A DNA stretch of 64,000 nucleotides from Eukaryota sp. TZLM1-RC (Eukaryota; Protista; Metamonada: BaSk clade). The stretch spans positions 5,981,784-6,045,783 of the forward strand of contig JAUPSS010000004.1 of the NCBI GenBank assembly GCA_040285825.1. The letters run 5' to 3'. Positions 34,001 to 45,029 of the stretch are shown in pieces. The notes below the pieces were generated by a model that worked only from the letters and a program-made list of their open reading frames with translations, ran no database searches and was not told the DNA's origin. The stretch's first letter is position 1. Each line of letters begins with the position of its first letter. The translations under genes and the position numbers were made by a program.

Positions 34001-37000
34001 AAGAGTAGAAATTACATCCCTCTGCTTCTAATGGTTCAAAATAAGAAATAATGTTTTCTAATTGAGAAACAAATCTTCGGATTAGACATGTGGAATTAAA
34101 TAAATGACCCGATTGTTGCAAATAAGAAGAATGGAAACTAGTGACGTCATCATGGGGTTTAATACCCTGTAAGAGACGTAATCGACGGTAAAAATTCCAA
34201 AAGTAAGTCTCAGTTTTGGAAATGAAGGAATCAGTAATAGTATTTGGTTCTATAAAACTAGAATGAATTTCTACTATATCAACCGACTTTGAATATAAAG
34301 GTAGCTTCTTGATATGGTTAAGTAAAGCAGAAAGAGCCCTTATTTTAACCTGGACATCGTTAGAAGAATCCTCTGACTTCAAGAGACTCAGTTCGTTGGA
34401 TTGTGTGATAACTTCGGTAGTGAAATCATCAATTTCAGCTGATTTTTCAATTAAAAGAGAATCAACATTAAAACGACTTTCTAAAGATTGGTAAACGTTT
34501 GGCTTAAAAGTTAAATGACTTGTATCTAATTGTTCTATTTGTTTAATAATTTGCGTAAAGGGAATGTTCACTACTGAATCAAACTTCCCAATGCTCTTCG
34601 ACAGTTGACGTAACGTCTTGGACATTTGCTGTTTGATTCTTATAGGATCACTTATTGACATTTCATGGACAGACAAAAATTCATTTAATTTTGTGGCAAT
34701 TGGTTCAATATTTCGATTGAGAATGTATTGTAATCGTGTTAAATAAATGGTTCTTGACTGAATAACAGAACCCAAAATATTGGTTACCAAATCAGAATAT
34801 CCAGTCGAAATAGCAAAATTTCGAATCAAAACAAGTAATTGTAAGCGTAATTCATAATCATAAAGGTGGGCTGAATCGATGAATTGATAAATTGTTTCAG
34901 TAAATTCGGCCAATCTACTTTCATTTTTGACGTTGGAGAAAACTTCGATGGTTTTAAGTAAATGGAAAAACAATTTAACTGAAGGTAACTGTTTTTGTCT
35001 CAACCTTCGGGTCAAAATATTCTTGAAATGAGCCAACTCGATTTTCCTCCACCGTTGACACAATTGACTGATCTCAATGACATAATCTGATAATTTGTGA
35101 ATTTTAGGAACCAAAACATCCCATTCCAAGCAGGAATTTATTACTAATTCTGCTGATTTAATTAAATTCACAATGGGTGTATTAATGGGCAATTTAGAAA
35201 CTTTGAGTAAAGTATTGTGCAAGTCAATCAAAACTGCATTATCGGAATATTCCTTGAGTAATTCTTCAGTTCTATTTAATATAGGAGAAATCGCATCGAA
35301 TAACATTTTTAAATCATTTGGTGCCGGGTCCTTCCACAAATCAATCAAATCTGATTGATGATTACGTGCATTATTGAGCCCTTCCCGTAGAAAAGTGGAG
35401 ATAGCAAGAGCAGCTGTTGATGAAAATTGATTATCAAATGATTTAACAAATTCAAGTAAAACTTTCAAATAATAATGAAGAGAAGCAGAACTTTGAACAG
35501 AACAACCAAAACATTTCAAACATAAAGGTACAAGATTACTAGAAATAGTGGATTCAGCACAGTGGCAAGAATTTGAAGTCAATGAAGAACAAAAAACAAC
35601 AAGGGAAACTAAATCGTCATCAGTCAACAATGGTGGAGTAGTTTCCGTTTTAGTGGTCTCTTCTTGACCCTCAAATTCCTCGGAGGTCACATAATCATGG
35701 TCAAAAACAGTATTGACCAGTTGAGAAAGTTGCTGCTTTTCCTCTGAATCATCGTCATCATAAGTCTTGGTCTTGAGAATTCTTGAAAGTTGACGTTCCT
35801 TGGCACGTTCCTGTTCATTTACTTCCCATACTAAAAGAATTACTTTAAGATATTCAGAGAATAATGAAAAATTACGGGAAATAATAGATTTGGACAAATA
35901 AAACCTTGATTTAAGACCTAACTCACGGATAGAATTTGAAGAATCAAGTACTAGCTTAGACACATCTCTGGAAATAGGATAAAATTGAACAACTTTCACG
36001 TCTTTTAACTCATTGATTAAATATTGAATAATTCCATCTAATAAATCAAGCAAAATCACACAGCATTGTTTCAATTGGGATGAAAATTTAGAAGCTGAAC
36101 TCAAAAAGTGATGTATTGCCATAGATACAGTCTCCAAAAAGTTTGAATTTTCTAAATTGGTACTGATTCTGTAGAAATCGAGATTGTTATTTAGAAAAGA
36201 AATAAATTCACGATGAAATTCTACTTGATCATCCGAATTTGAGAGTTTGACATCATGTGAAACCTCAATTTTGGAAGCAATTTCATCAAATTCACAAAGC
36301 CGCCCAGTGTTGATTAATTGATGGATGTTACCAAACTGTAACAAATTACGAAACTCAAAAGAAAACATTAAACTCGAACAGAATTCAGATACAATATTAT
36401 TTTTAAAGCAAGTAGAATTATTAAACCAATTAGCAGAAAATGCAGGTTTTCCTACGTAAATGAGACATCCTAATAAGGAAATAAGTGCTGATCTTGATGG
36501 AGAATGTGAAATTCTTGAAGTTATACCCAAAGAGATACTAGAGCTATTGTTTTCAATTATAGAAATTGGAGAATTTTGGCTAGAAACCTTGCCCAATACA
36601 CTGTTGAAAAAAGTACTCATTTTCCACAACACATCAATAGTAGTGAAACTGTAGAATCGAGACACGTCACTATGTGTGACAATTGATTGCTTGAGCTCTT
36701 CTAACTCAGAAATAGGAGCATTTTTTGCTTTATTGATTAAAAGCTTAGTGACATTCTGAAGAGGGACAAAACCGTAAATAATAGGGTTTGAAATGGAGCT
36801 TAGTCTCAACATAAAGTTGGTTAAACAAAGAGATTTTTGAGTATTTAAATTAGACATGGTAAAGGCTAAAGCAAGAGCTGAAGTAAATCTAATTGTGAAA
36901 TTTGTAGAGATAAAAACAAATTCACGCAATATCGAGAAATTTTCAGTGCTAGATGCCTCCTTCTTGTAAAGAATTGACGATAAATTATTACATAAGATAG

Positions 37001-40000
37001 ATAAAATCAAAAAGTCTAATTCAGAAGAAGGTTTTGGAAGATCGTAATCTTGAATGCACCAATTATAATTAGAATCAGATTTGCTTAATTGTTCCCAAAT
37101 TAAGACTAGATTTTTGCAAAGGGTTTCCAGTGAGTTTAGTGAGAATTTTTCAAGTCCAAGTAATTCAACAATGGAAGTGATAACTTGGTCTTGAAGAGAG
37201 ATTAAATCATTAGTAGAGTTTGATTTGAAGGAAAGTAATTGAACCAAAGCATTTCCAGACAAGTTTTGTAAAAGAGATGGCAATAAAGTAACTAAATTGG
37301 TGGATTGTTGAGGTGAGTTGGTTGAAATATCGTAAAATTCATAAATATTTGCCAGGAAAATAACAACAATAGTTTGGAAATTATAAAACTCCTCAGTGTT
37401 TAATTCCAAACTTGACACTGATTCTGTTAATTCTTTCAAAGGTGAAATTAATAAATAAGGGTAATTAAAACAATTTTCGTCAAGTAAAAGACTGCATAAA
37501 GAAACAAAATTCAACAAAATTTTGGCTGAAATAAGAGGAGGATTAACAATGAACAAATCCAAAAAAGCCTTCAATAACTGAACAATTGATTGGGATGTTT
37601 TGAACAATTTTGGAAAACTATTGGGTGAAATTAAAACTGCAAATAACGTATTTGAATAAGAATTGGGATTAGCCTTGAATAACTCAAAAATAAAAGCAAG
37701 ATAAGACTTGAAGAAATATAAAAAGCTTTGATTGGAAAAATCTCTATCAACATCAACAGGGATTAGTTCCTTTGGAAATAAAGGAGGCTGATCAGAAGAT
37801 AAACAAATATTATAAACGCTGGGAATAAGTAAATGAGGTTTAAACAAAATATCTTCAAAAGAATTAAATTGTAAATGAGATGGCACTTCCAAAAACTGAC
37901 ATATTAATCTTTTTCTATTGGGTGAGAAAATAAGATTACTGCAACAATTTGAAGCAAAATCAGTAATGGTATTGGTGAATTTAAAGGAGAAAAAGTCACT
38001 TGAAAAAACATTATTGCTAATTTTAATATTTAAACTGTTGGAAATTCCAGCTGGTAAATCTGATGCAAAAGAAGTCAAAACAATACTGATAGCCTCATTC
38101 CATGACTTACACTGTTCATAATGATGAACCAAAAGTTTGACGAAAATTTCAAATTTTGAGGGTTGATGACGATAATGAGTACGAATTTTTGAGAATATGG
38201 AAAAGAGATCAACTGGAATGGTTACTTTAGAGTAAACATTAAGCAAAAGTATCGTATTGATCACATCCTTGTTGAGAGAAAAATGTGACAAATTATTTAA
38301 ATTTTCGTCACAAAAACCAAGAGAAACCACCAACACTCTATTGAGCAAAGCAGGTGAAGGGGATCCAAAATTTTTATCCATCGTAATAATAGCTCTGAAA
38401 TATTCACTTGGTGAAATAATTTTAAATTTGTCATTACTGTAGGGTGACAAATCAGATTCACTTAGACCACCATTACGTTCAAACAAAGCATTTAGTTTAT
38501 CTAAAACAGAAGGTGGACAAAGATTTGGATCTGATAAATGAACAACTTCACCAGAAAGGACCATGGATGCTAAATCCCCCAGTTTCCAGTTAAATTTACC
38601 CCCTGAAAGCACTGTTTTACTTAACTTGTCTGCTTGTGATTGAATATCGTCAACACTGGGTATTCCAGGAAAATGTGGTAAAGAAAGGGAGTCCACTTGG
38701 GACAATAATTGGGTGATTAAACCATGTGAGTCGGTAGTAATCACAGATTTGCAATGATCGAACGAACCAATTTTTGAGGAGAGTTCTACTTTGATCTCTT
38801 TATGAAGTGACGAAATATTCGACATGTCACTCATATTACCTTTGGAGACCATGTACTCCTCCACTGTACTGACAAGGGAGTCAATTAAAGTCAACAAACT
38901 TTTGACCTCTTCTTCTGGTGAAACTTGTACATAAGAACCAAGTAGGTCAGCAACATCGGTACCAGGGTGAAGAGAAATTGATTTTAAAAATGATGGAGAA
39001 AAAAACGTATTCGAATTAGAATCATTTAAACTTGTTTTGTAAATAAAAGTAGCCAATTCTATTAAATTTGTCTTTCCAGTACCTATTTGACCCTCAATTA
39101 AGACGGGCCATTGCATAAATAACGACACCAAAATTGAGAATAACGGTCTGTGTTGGTTAAGCAATATTGTTTTAAGCTTTGGAAATTGAATATTTAAAAT
39201 ATTCACTCCAAGTGCAGTATAAAATTCAATTGGGTCTGGAAATTTTGTAGCAAAATATTGGCTGATTAAGGGTACAAGTTGAGCTGCCAAGCTATCAGTC
39301 AAGCAAGATCCAAACGCTACAAAGGCAGAAATACATGCTAATTTGGACAAGGGTAATGAAGAATTACTTGATAAGTAGTTCAAAAAATCACAAAATCTGA
39401 AAGAATCACGAAGATTTGGCCAATCTGGAGGGACAAGGCAGTCAAAATTTAAAGTTAATTTCTTTATCTGTCCCAAAAAATGTGAAAAATCATTTAAAAT
39501 TGGCGAAAAAATAGGAAAAGATTCACTCAAAATGATTTCTATATCATCATCTTTCAAATCCTCCACAGCTACAGATACAAATCTGTTAAGAAAAGATTGA
39601 GGAAGTCCTTTTCTACCACCTCCAGAGAGTAGAGGGTTCTGACATGCAAAAATTTTAAAATTTGGGTGAGCTGTGATGAGGTCATTGATCTCTGGCACAA
39701 ATATTGACCTTCTATGATCTAAAATAGAGTTTAAACCTTCTAAAACCTGTTGCGGGGCTAAATTAATTTCATCTAGAATCACCCAGGACCCTTCTTTAAG
39801 AGCGGTCAACAAGATTCCATCAGACCAAAAGAAATCAGGAGAATTATCATCAGAGTTATTATTGGGGTTTGGCACAAATGAACCAATTATTTCTAATAAA
39901 TCTGAATGTTCAGAGAAATTAATTCTTGCAACAGAATTACCGGTAAAATCAGCTAAAGCTGAAATCAAACTAGTTTTGCCTGCACCTGGAGGTCCTTCAA

Positions 40001-43000
40001 CCAAAATTGGTCTATTCAAAGACAAAGCTCTTGTTACTCTCAAAGCATTTGAGAATGGAGTAGGAGATGATAACACAAAACGTGGCGATTTGGGCTGGTG
40101 GGAACCAAAGGGGATGGAAAATGAACTTAATTTGAGTGAATTACTAGAATGAGTTAAATCTGGGGTTTTTATTTGTGATTTATAGGTTGAGACCAAATTT
40201 GGACAAACTGAAATATAATTTGACATAATATTCGTCAACTTTGAAAGTAATGCATCAGTTAGCTTAGTTGCATGGGTGGTAGAAAGAGCAGCTCTAATTG
40301 GAATAGTATCAATAATGGCAATACAAGCTCCATGTAAGAGACAAAACTCCAAGGGTATTTTATTAGAATTAAAGAGAAGAAACTCTGTCCAGGCCAATAA
40401 GTCACGAATGGAAAAACAAACAGAGGATGGGGTGACGGATACAGTGTACTGGAAAAATTCTGTGAGAATACATCCACAAATAGATGCCAAATTGCCCAAA
40501 TCAACCAGCTTTGCGGTGATTACAAGCCTAATATCATCTAAATCACCTATATCAGGTACCCAAATCTCACAAAATCTGTTTCTCAGCGCAGGAGAAAGTT
40601 CCTTTTTGCCGTAATCTCCAGCAGGGTTCATTGTTGCAATTATTCGGAAAGAATCATGTGATTCAATAAACCTACTGTTCGAGTCATCTTCAGAGCTTGA
40701 ATTCACAGTTAGTGATCGTTCAGCTTCTAAAACAGAGTTTAATCGTTCTAAAACAGCATCATCAGCCAAAGAAATCTCGTCAAGCAAGATATGATTACCA
40801 TTCTGCATTGCTTCTATAAGAGGTCCATCAATAAACTTAAACCTGGTACCAGTAGATGTAGAGATTGGCTTAATTGTGCCTAATAAATCTACCACATCAG
40901 TATGTTGGTGAATAGAAACGTGAATTAATGTATTATTAAGAAAAGTTGCAATAAAGTCAGCACAAGAAGTCTTTCCAGTACCCGTACCTCCGATTAAAAG
41001 AACGGCTTCCTTGTTGGAATACGCATTTAAGACTAATTCTACAACTCGCTTCATTGGCTTGGTCAACACAATTCCTGATTTTTGAGCATGTTCAATCAAA
41101 TGTGACGTCAGCAAATGTGATCTCTTCTCGTCTAAATAAGTATCACTCAACTTAACCCTACAAATTTTTTGAAGAACTTCTACAATATAACGTTTATCTT
41201 CCAAATCCCTGCACTTTTCTGCTAACAAGCAAATCCCGTGATAGCACAGATCATCTCTAGTAATACTTCCTCTACCGGCCCATCTAAATAAATCCCGAAG
41301 GGTAATTAAACCAGTTTTACCAGCAAACACTGCTCCATGGGATCGTTTTCGTTGTAATTCTTCCATGACATTAACCAGAATATCGGCATGTGTAGGAGGT
41401 AAAGGTATCAAAGTCCGAGAAATCAAAATAGTTTTGAGTTCATCTTTTGGTAATAAAGGAAGTGTAAGTTCAACAAATCTAGACCTAAAAGCGCGGGAAA
41501 GTAACTTTCGTCCGCCATAAAGACCAGGGGGATTCTGCGTGGCGAATAACCTAAATGAAGGTAAAGGTTTGATGACTTCATTTGTTTCGGGAACGTATAA
41601 TTCTTTATTATCGTCCAAAAGTCTATTTAAAGCCTCCAAAACATCGCTAGGTGCTAGATTAAGCTCATCTAACAAAATCCAATCACCATTTCTCAAAGCA
41701 CTAACCAAAATTCCATCTTTAAATTGAAATTGGGCTCCTTCATTACTAGAAACATAAGACCCAATATATTCTGATAGATCTGTATGTAAATGGTTATTAA
41801 TTCGATGAACTCGATGCCCAGTGAGTTGCGCTAGGTAGTATATTAAACTTGTTTTACCGACAGAAGTTTCCCCTTGTAGCAAAACATTTTCTCCAATTGC
41901 AATACTGCGAGCAACATTGATCAGGTTATTCCAAACGGTGTCAGTAATGATATAATCAGGTTGCTCAAGTGGAGGGTGACTTCCACGTGGCAGTTTGATA
42001 TCACCAATGATGACGTGAGTGTCCTTTATTGACACTTGTCGAGATTTGGAAGGCTTTGGGGGTTTCAAGGCTTTTGAGAGTAGTGCGAGCAAGGTTTTTC
42101 TGCATTTAGTACTCAACATTCCACCAAAAATGAACAAAAACCCATTAAATACTGAATTATTAACAACATTGCCGATTGATTCTGATTTTGGTGAATTATG
42201 GACCATATAGTCAACGAATTGAAATACTCTTTTTAGGGATCGTAAAGTGAAAAGTGGAATATTGCCATTTTCATCGATTAAAGAGCCAGACTTGGCTAGA
42301 CCAATCAAATTTTGATAGACTGAAATGATAGACTCAATTGACAGATATTTGACAACAGAACCTAAAAACCCTTGAACAATTGGTTTTAAATCATAATTTT
42401 GAATTAATTCTGGAACAGTCAGCGGCAGGAATTTCTCAGAAATAATGGGAGGAAGGGGTTTTTTGCCTGTATCAGTAGCTGGATTGATAGCCGCAAATAA
42501 CCTAAAACCGGGATCAACTATTATGTTGTCAGGTCCACCTAACTCGGAGAGTGAAATTTGATCGGTTCTTCTATTAATAATTAGAGAAATTAACTTGTGC
42601 AAAACATCATTTGAAGCTAAATTAGCCTCATCTAACAACACCCAATTACCAGTCTTACAAGCACAAATTAAAGAACTTTCAATAAACATAAAGGATAATA
42701 AAGCAGAATAATTTGGAGATTTTAGTAGAGAAGAAACCCTTGAAAACTTAGTTTTGAGTGAATTCCACTCTGAAACTAACCCACAATCCACAATATCTGA
42801 ACCATTATTTTTTCTTTTTATTGGGGGAGTTTCAGTAGCTGAAAGTTTGGTAATAGCCTTATCTGAAGCAGCTATGCAAAGACTAATCACTCTGCTTAAA
42901 TCTTCTTTTTGTGACGAATTGATACATTTTAACAACTGCTGGATGAAATTGTTATTCTTTTTTGTAGAAAAAGTTTTCTTAAATAATTCCATAAACTCAT

Positions 43001-44192
43001 TGACAAGCGGAATAATAGAATTTCGTGGGGTCGATGGTCTCAATGACCCAACCAAATCACTAGTTTCAGTTTGATTAGATAAATTCATCACAACCAGTTC
43101 CTTACCAAGTAATTTTGCCAAATGTTGAATCATAAAGGTTTTTCCCGTTCCAGCTTCTCCTACAAGTAATGTAGGAGTATTAGTAAAGACACAGTTTGCC
43201 AGGTATTCCAGACATAGAAGCCCAGTGGGAATAGGTATCCATGAAGTATTTTGAGAATAAATCATAGCAGAAACAGTAGAAGGAAGTGTAATGCGGCCCA
43301 TGACAAGTTTAGGATCTTGGGGGTTAGAAAACTCCAAACGAGGTGGGGAAAGGGCATTGGAGAGAAGGGTAGGGCATGTGAGTGAAAGAGAGTGGAGAGC
43401 AATTGAGAGGGATTCCTTGCGTAGGGTTGGAGTGAGGGTTAAGGTTGGTGAAATTTTAAAGAAAACAGTAGGGATCAAGAAGAGATCAATGGAAGTAGTC
43501 AGCTTAAATATAAGATCATCTGAAAGTTGTGTTGTCGAAGTAATTGTCAAATCTGATAATTTCGAAATCCATAAACAAATTCCATTCGTAATTTCAGAAA
43601 AAGAAATATTATTTCGAGAAGATGTAGATTTTACTAATAAATTAAATACTTCAAAAGCAACATTTGCCAGTTGTTTTGACAAAGGAGAAATGCTGGGAGT
43701 AATAGCAGAAAGAACAAGTGGTAATTCAGTTTGTGGATGCAGAGAAGGTAGGGTAAGTGTGCAGAAGCGATGATGAATTAAGGAGAACTTGGGCTTGATT
43801 CTAGCAGTAGCAATGACAAAAGAGTCAGGGTGGTTTGACGAATCGGAGAGAATGGCATTGGTAGCAGCTAAAGTTTCGGGAGAGGCGGAATCGATTTCAT
43901 CAAGAAGGACCCAATCTCCATGTTGAAGTGAAGTGACTAGAGAAGATGGTTTGTATGAAAAGAATCCTGGAGTTGTGGTAGAGACAAAGGTACCCCCAAC
44001 GTCATTAGCATCAGTTGCAGAGAGACAGACCGTCACTAGACGTTTGTTGAAATGTCCCGCTAGTGCATTAGCCAAAAAAGTTTTTCCAGAACCAGATGGT
44101 CCAATTAGAAGAGTATTAACGTGAAGTGTAGGTAAAGAGCACAGAGTGGTCCATAGAGACTTACGTTGCTCAGTGAACACAACCTCTTGCAT
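31089..44192 (-). CDS. MDN1: Midasin (Rea1/MDN1) AAA+ ribosome-biogenesis ATPase
   Basis: 4367-aa ORF with six tandem AAA modules (GPSGSGKT, GEAGTGKT, GETSVGKT, GGTGTGKT, GPPGAGKT, GQIGTGKT), linker, D/E-rich region, and C-terminal MIDAS (GDFRTGKRLNMKRIIPFIAS, DDSKS, SDG). Confidence 0.97.
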   Translation of the reverse strand: MQEVVFTEQRKSLWTTLCSLPTLHVNTLLIGPSGSGKTFLANALAGHFNKRLVTVCLSATDANDVGGTFVSTTTPGFFSYKPSSLVTSLQHGDWVLLDEIDSASPETLAATNAILSDSSNHPDSFVIATARIKPKFSLIHHRFCTLTLPSLHPQTELPLVLSAITPSISPLSKQLANVAFEVFNLLVKSTSSRNNISFSEITNGICLWISKLSDLTITSTTQLSDDLIFKLTTSIDLFLIPTVFFKISPTLTLTPTLRKESLSIALHSLSLTCPTLLSNALSPPRLEFSNPQDPKLVMGRITLPSTVSAMIYSQNTSWIPIPTGLLCLEYLANCVFTNTPTLLVGEAGTGKTFMIQHLAKLLGKELVVMNLSNQTETSDLVGSLRPSTPRNSIIPLVNEFMELFKKTFSTKKNNNFIQQLLKCINSSQKEDLSRVISLCIAASDKAITKLSATETPPIKRKNNGSDIVDCGLVSEWNSLKTKFSRVSSLLKSPNYSALLSFMFIESSLICACKTGNWVLLDEANLASNDVLHKLISLIINRRTDQISLSELGGPDNIIVDPGFRLFAAINPATDTGKKPLPPIISEKFLPLTVPELIQNYDLKPIVQGFLGSVVKYLSIESIISVYQNLIGLAKSGSLIDENGNIPLFTLRSLKRVFQFVDYMVHNSPKSESIGNVVNNSVFNGFLFIFGGMLSTKCRKTLLALLSKALKPPKPSKSRQVSIKDTHVIIGDIKLPRGSHPPLEQPDYIITDTVWNNLINVARSIAIGENVLLQGETSVGKTSLIYYLAQLTGHRVHRINNHLHTDLSEYIGSYVSSNEGAQFQFKDGILVSALRNGDWILLDELNLAPSDVLEALNRLLDDNKELYVPETNEVIKPLPSFRLFATQNPPGLYGGRKLLSRAFRSRFVELTLPLLPKDELKTILISRTLIPLPPTHADILVNVMEELQRKRSHGAVFAGKTGLITLRDLFRWAGRGSITRDDLCYHGICLLAEKCRDLEDKRYIVEVLQKICRVKLSDTYLDEKRSHLLTSHLIEHAQKSGIVLTKPMKRVVELVLNAYSNKEAVLLIGGTGTGKTSCADFIATFLNNTLIHVSIHQHTDVVDLLGTIKPISTSTGTRFKFIDGPLIEAMQNGNHILLDEISLADDAVLERLNSVLEAERSLTVNSSSEDDSNSRFIESHDSFRIIATMNPAGDYGKKELSPALRNRFCEIWVPDIGDLDDIRLVITAKLVDLGNLASICGCILTEFFQYTVSVTPSSVCFSIRDLLAWTEFLLFNSNKIPLEFCLLHGACIAIIDTIPIRAALSTTHATKLTDALLSKLTNIMSNYISVCPNLVSTYKSQIKTPDLTHSSNSLKLSSFSIPFGSHQPKSPRFVLSSPTPFSNALRVTRALSLNRPILVEGPPGAGKTSLISALADFTGNSVARINFSEHSDLLEIIGSFVPNPNNNSDDNSPDFFWSDGILLTALKEGSWVILDEINLAPQQVLEGLNSILDHRRSIFVPEINDLITAHPNFKIFACQNPLLSGGGRKGLPQSFLNRFVSVAVEDLKDDDIEIILSESFPIFSPILNDFSHFLGQIKKLTLNFDCLVPPDWPNLRDSFRFCDFLNYLSSNSSLPLSKLACISAFVAFGSCLTDSLAAQLVPLISQYFATKFPDPIEFYTALGVNILNIQFPKLKTILLNQHRPLFSILVSLFMQWPVLIEGQIGTGKTNLIELATFIYKTSLNDSNSNTFFSPSFLKSISLHPGTDVADLLGSYVQVSPEEEVKSLLTLIDSLVSTVEEYMVSKGNMSDMSNISSLHKEIKVELSSKIGSFDHCKSVITTDSHGLITQLLSQVDSLSLPHFPGIPSVDDIQSQADKLSKTVLSGGKFNWKLGDLASMVLSGEVVHLSDPNLCPPSVLDKLNALFERNGGLSESDLSPYSNDKFKIISPSEYFRAIITMDKNFGSPSPALLNRVLVVSLGFCDENLNNLSHFSLNKDVINTILLLNVYSKVTIPVDLFSIFSKIRTHYRHQPSKFEIFVKLLVHHYEQCKSWNEAISIVLTSFASDLPAGISNSLNIKISNNVFSSDFFSFKFTNTITDFASNCCSNLIFSPNRKRLICQFLEVPSHLQFNSFEDILFKPHLLIPSVYNICLSSDQPPLFPKELIPVDVDRDFSNQSFLYFFKSYLAFIFELFKANPNSYSNTLFAVLISPNSFPKLFKTSQSIVQLLKAFLDLFIVNPPLISAKILLNFVSLCSLLLDENCFNYPYLLISPLKELTESVSSLELNTEEFYNFQTIVVIFLANIYEFYDISTNSPQQSTNLVTLLPSLLQNLSGNALVQLLSFKSNSTNDLISLQDQVITSIVELLGLEKFSLNSLETLCKNLVLIWEQLSKSDSNYNWCIQDYDLPKPSSELDFLILSILCNNLSSILYKKEASSTENFSILREFVFISTNFTIRFTSALALAFTMSNLNTQKSLCLTNFMLRLSSISNPIIYGFVPLQNVTKLLINKAKNAPISELEELKQSIVTHSDVSRFYSFTTIDVLWKMSTFFNSVLGKVSSQNSPISIIENNSSSISLGITSRISHSPSRSALISLLGCLIYVGKPAFSANWFNNSTCFKNNIVSEFCSSLMFSFEFRNLLQFGNIHQLINTGRLCEFDEIASKIEVSHDVKLSNSDDQVEFHREFISFLNNNLDFYRISTNLENSNFLETVSMAIHHFLSSASKFSSQLKQCCVILLDLLDGIIQYLINELKDVKVVQFYPISRDVSKLVLDSSNSIRELGLKSRFYLSKSIISRNFSLFSEYLKVILLVWEVNEQERAKERQLSRILKTKTYDDDDSEEKQQLSQLVNTVFDHDYVTSEEFEGQEETTKTETTPPLLTDDDLVSLVVFCSSLTSNSCHCAESTISSNLVPLCLKCFGCSVQSSASLHYYLKVLLEFVKSFDNQFSSTAALAISTFLREGLNNARNHQSDLIDLWKDPAPNDLKMLFDAISPILNRTEELLKEYSDNAVLIDLHNTLLKVSKLPINTPIVNLIKSAELVINSCLEWDVLVPKIHKLSDYVIEISQLCQRWRKIELAHFKNILTRRLRQKQLPSVKLFFHLLKTIEVFSNVKNESRLAEFTETIYQFIDSAHLYDYELRLQLLVLIRNFAISTGYSDLVTNILGSVIQSRTIYLTRLQYILNRNIEPIATKLNEFLSVHEMSISDPIRIKQQMSKTLRQLSKSIGKFDSVVNIPFTQIIKQIEQLDTSHLTFKPNVYQSLESRFNVDSLLIEKSAEIDDFTTEVITQSNELSLLKSEDSSNDVQVKIRALSALLNHIKKLPLYSKSVDIVEIHSSFIEPNTITDSFISKTETYFWNFYRRLRLLQGIKPHDDVTSFHSSYLQQSGHLFNSTCLIRRFVSQLENIISYFEPLEAEGCNFYSCNHAFNHIFVNFESLSSVLIQFSFVYENNTALLSNDLTTKLNSFVKLTNSVLDFMRPKVQFRIFTEFTVNRIEKFKGEVIQCLDEFIELIDGSILFKPFVDSLSSFEQIFTNTSLILNPSTQIDYNQQVEISSLDDVSNKVNALVSFSQQILSSNQSFSMNSLCYSNFLSQTSDVFHNLFIYHRTLSKCGYILTGLFLELSNKGFCKPQEEQPTEEQEQEMEGTGLGEGDTVDGAQDVTDELEDKEQLLGLEGEDQNETENQDQSSKGMDIEEDFDGTTSKGQDEQTEENDEKEQEQQNQEDKNDEFGDVEEEEDRMEGKADDDDSTNKEETGGKAEGEEEELAAKDEHENENEKEQGDEGNNDEGQMEMEEVDSEEEIEMDHNPQDNANHLSDPNDVTSDLDDVVDDAIDDVSADDDQAEGSEESDLEQVSGDEMEDTLNNEDDDENFDSSDKEEINYDPARDVMEQGQDGAEVSEQHKGHDPTSNDHKEEENIGGEKEVELEQMENGQDSNTTQSGKMDGSQGQQNTIDLERKIVENAVEMMKNLEILNNKEESNQNDESQEMESNDLYEFTSESHQASNAAAHEDQVDGVRKDDDEEDVDEDKPEGHKEEKNEDQNEELSEHLEQKAGLEKEYLNNSESKDENIKLNTELDEQLDSDTEQQGVTEAYSKELTDVNVDDDLLSTVESTMSTVDTSQDTDLFSSLALETCTASLLLAEKFRIILEPTLASKLKGDFRTGKRLNMKRIIPFIASNFKKDAIWLRRSHPSKRNFKILFAIDDSKSMKSFNADHTALVTLVLMTNALVNAEVGEVGALSFGKDVRIALPLTSSITSSLGSKMIDSFKFDQDATDMSLLVKKSVKFIETSNDDSRKLLFVISDGRFSNQEDVEKTVRYAHSKGVITVFLIIDSPTERDSITSLKSVTFPNGKLSVQSYLDSFPFPYYIVLRDVEALPAVVSSSLQQWLSVTSD

Positions 44193-44211
44193 GGTGATTT
44201 TAAGTGTATCG

Positions 44212-45020
44212 TTTTTTATTTGTTTTTTATTTTGAAACGCAAAACCAAAACATTAGACAAAAAACTAGAACTCCATATCCTCAATACACGCATCAACATA
44301 ATAAAACCTCTTCAATGCGCGATTATCATACTCTATTCCTAATTGTGGCAGTGCTTTGGTCAACGTTTCGGGAAAAACTTTAAGAATACTGAAAACAATT
44401 CTTCTGTGCCAGAAAATGAAGTTCAAATCTTTTCCTGCTGTTTCTTTTATTAAACTTCTGAAAACTTCGAGAAATTGAATTCCAGATATTCCAATGTTAC
44501 CAAAAAAAGAAACAGCAAATGGAACCAGCTGATACTTGACATGCTCAACACGTCCTAACTGAGATAAGGGTTCATTGTACTTTTTGATTTTGCTCTTTTC
44601 AGCAAAGCAGAGCGGAGTTTCATCTTTCTTGGCAAAATCAATTGCTGAATCCTTACAAACATTAACAGTGACAACACCAACAACTTTTATTACACCATCA
44701 GACCCTGGTGTAATTTAATCAGCACGTCGTTTCCCAAGAGTTTTTTCGTCTTCATTTTCAGGTGACAACTTACGCGCAAGAAGTTCAACAAAAGCTTTAC
44801 AGGTGGCTTTTGTACATAGAGTATAGTTGGTCTCTAACAGCATCGTGAACAACTGCGTGATATGTAATAATTAATTTACAATTGAATAAATAATTCAGAT
44901 TGATGAGCTGCCACAACGACAAATCAAATCATTTGGCACACCGCATGGCCACAAAAAACAACTCATCCTAAGGAAAAAGATTCCAAATTCCCTTTAGACT
45001 TTAAATCCTTCCCATCTTTT
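44212..45020 (-). mobile_element. CRE-like family E, degenerate 3' part
   Basis: CRCG…, HDAVRDQLY, RRAD, KIKKY, PFAVSFFG, …VDACIEDMEF* (stop 44265-44267), then an A-rich tail. Confidence 0.8.
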
Positions 45021-45029
45021 TGTCTTATA

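Noticed and set aside
31636-44124. Many short ORFs overlapping midasin, and similar ones over WDR35, WASH1 and dynamin
   Set aside because: Antisense or alternative-frame shadows of long genuine genes.
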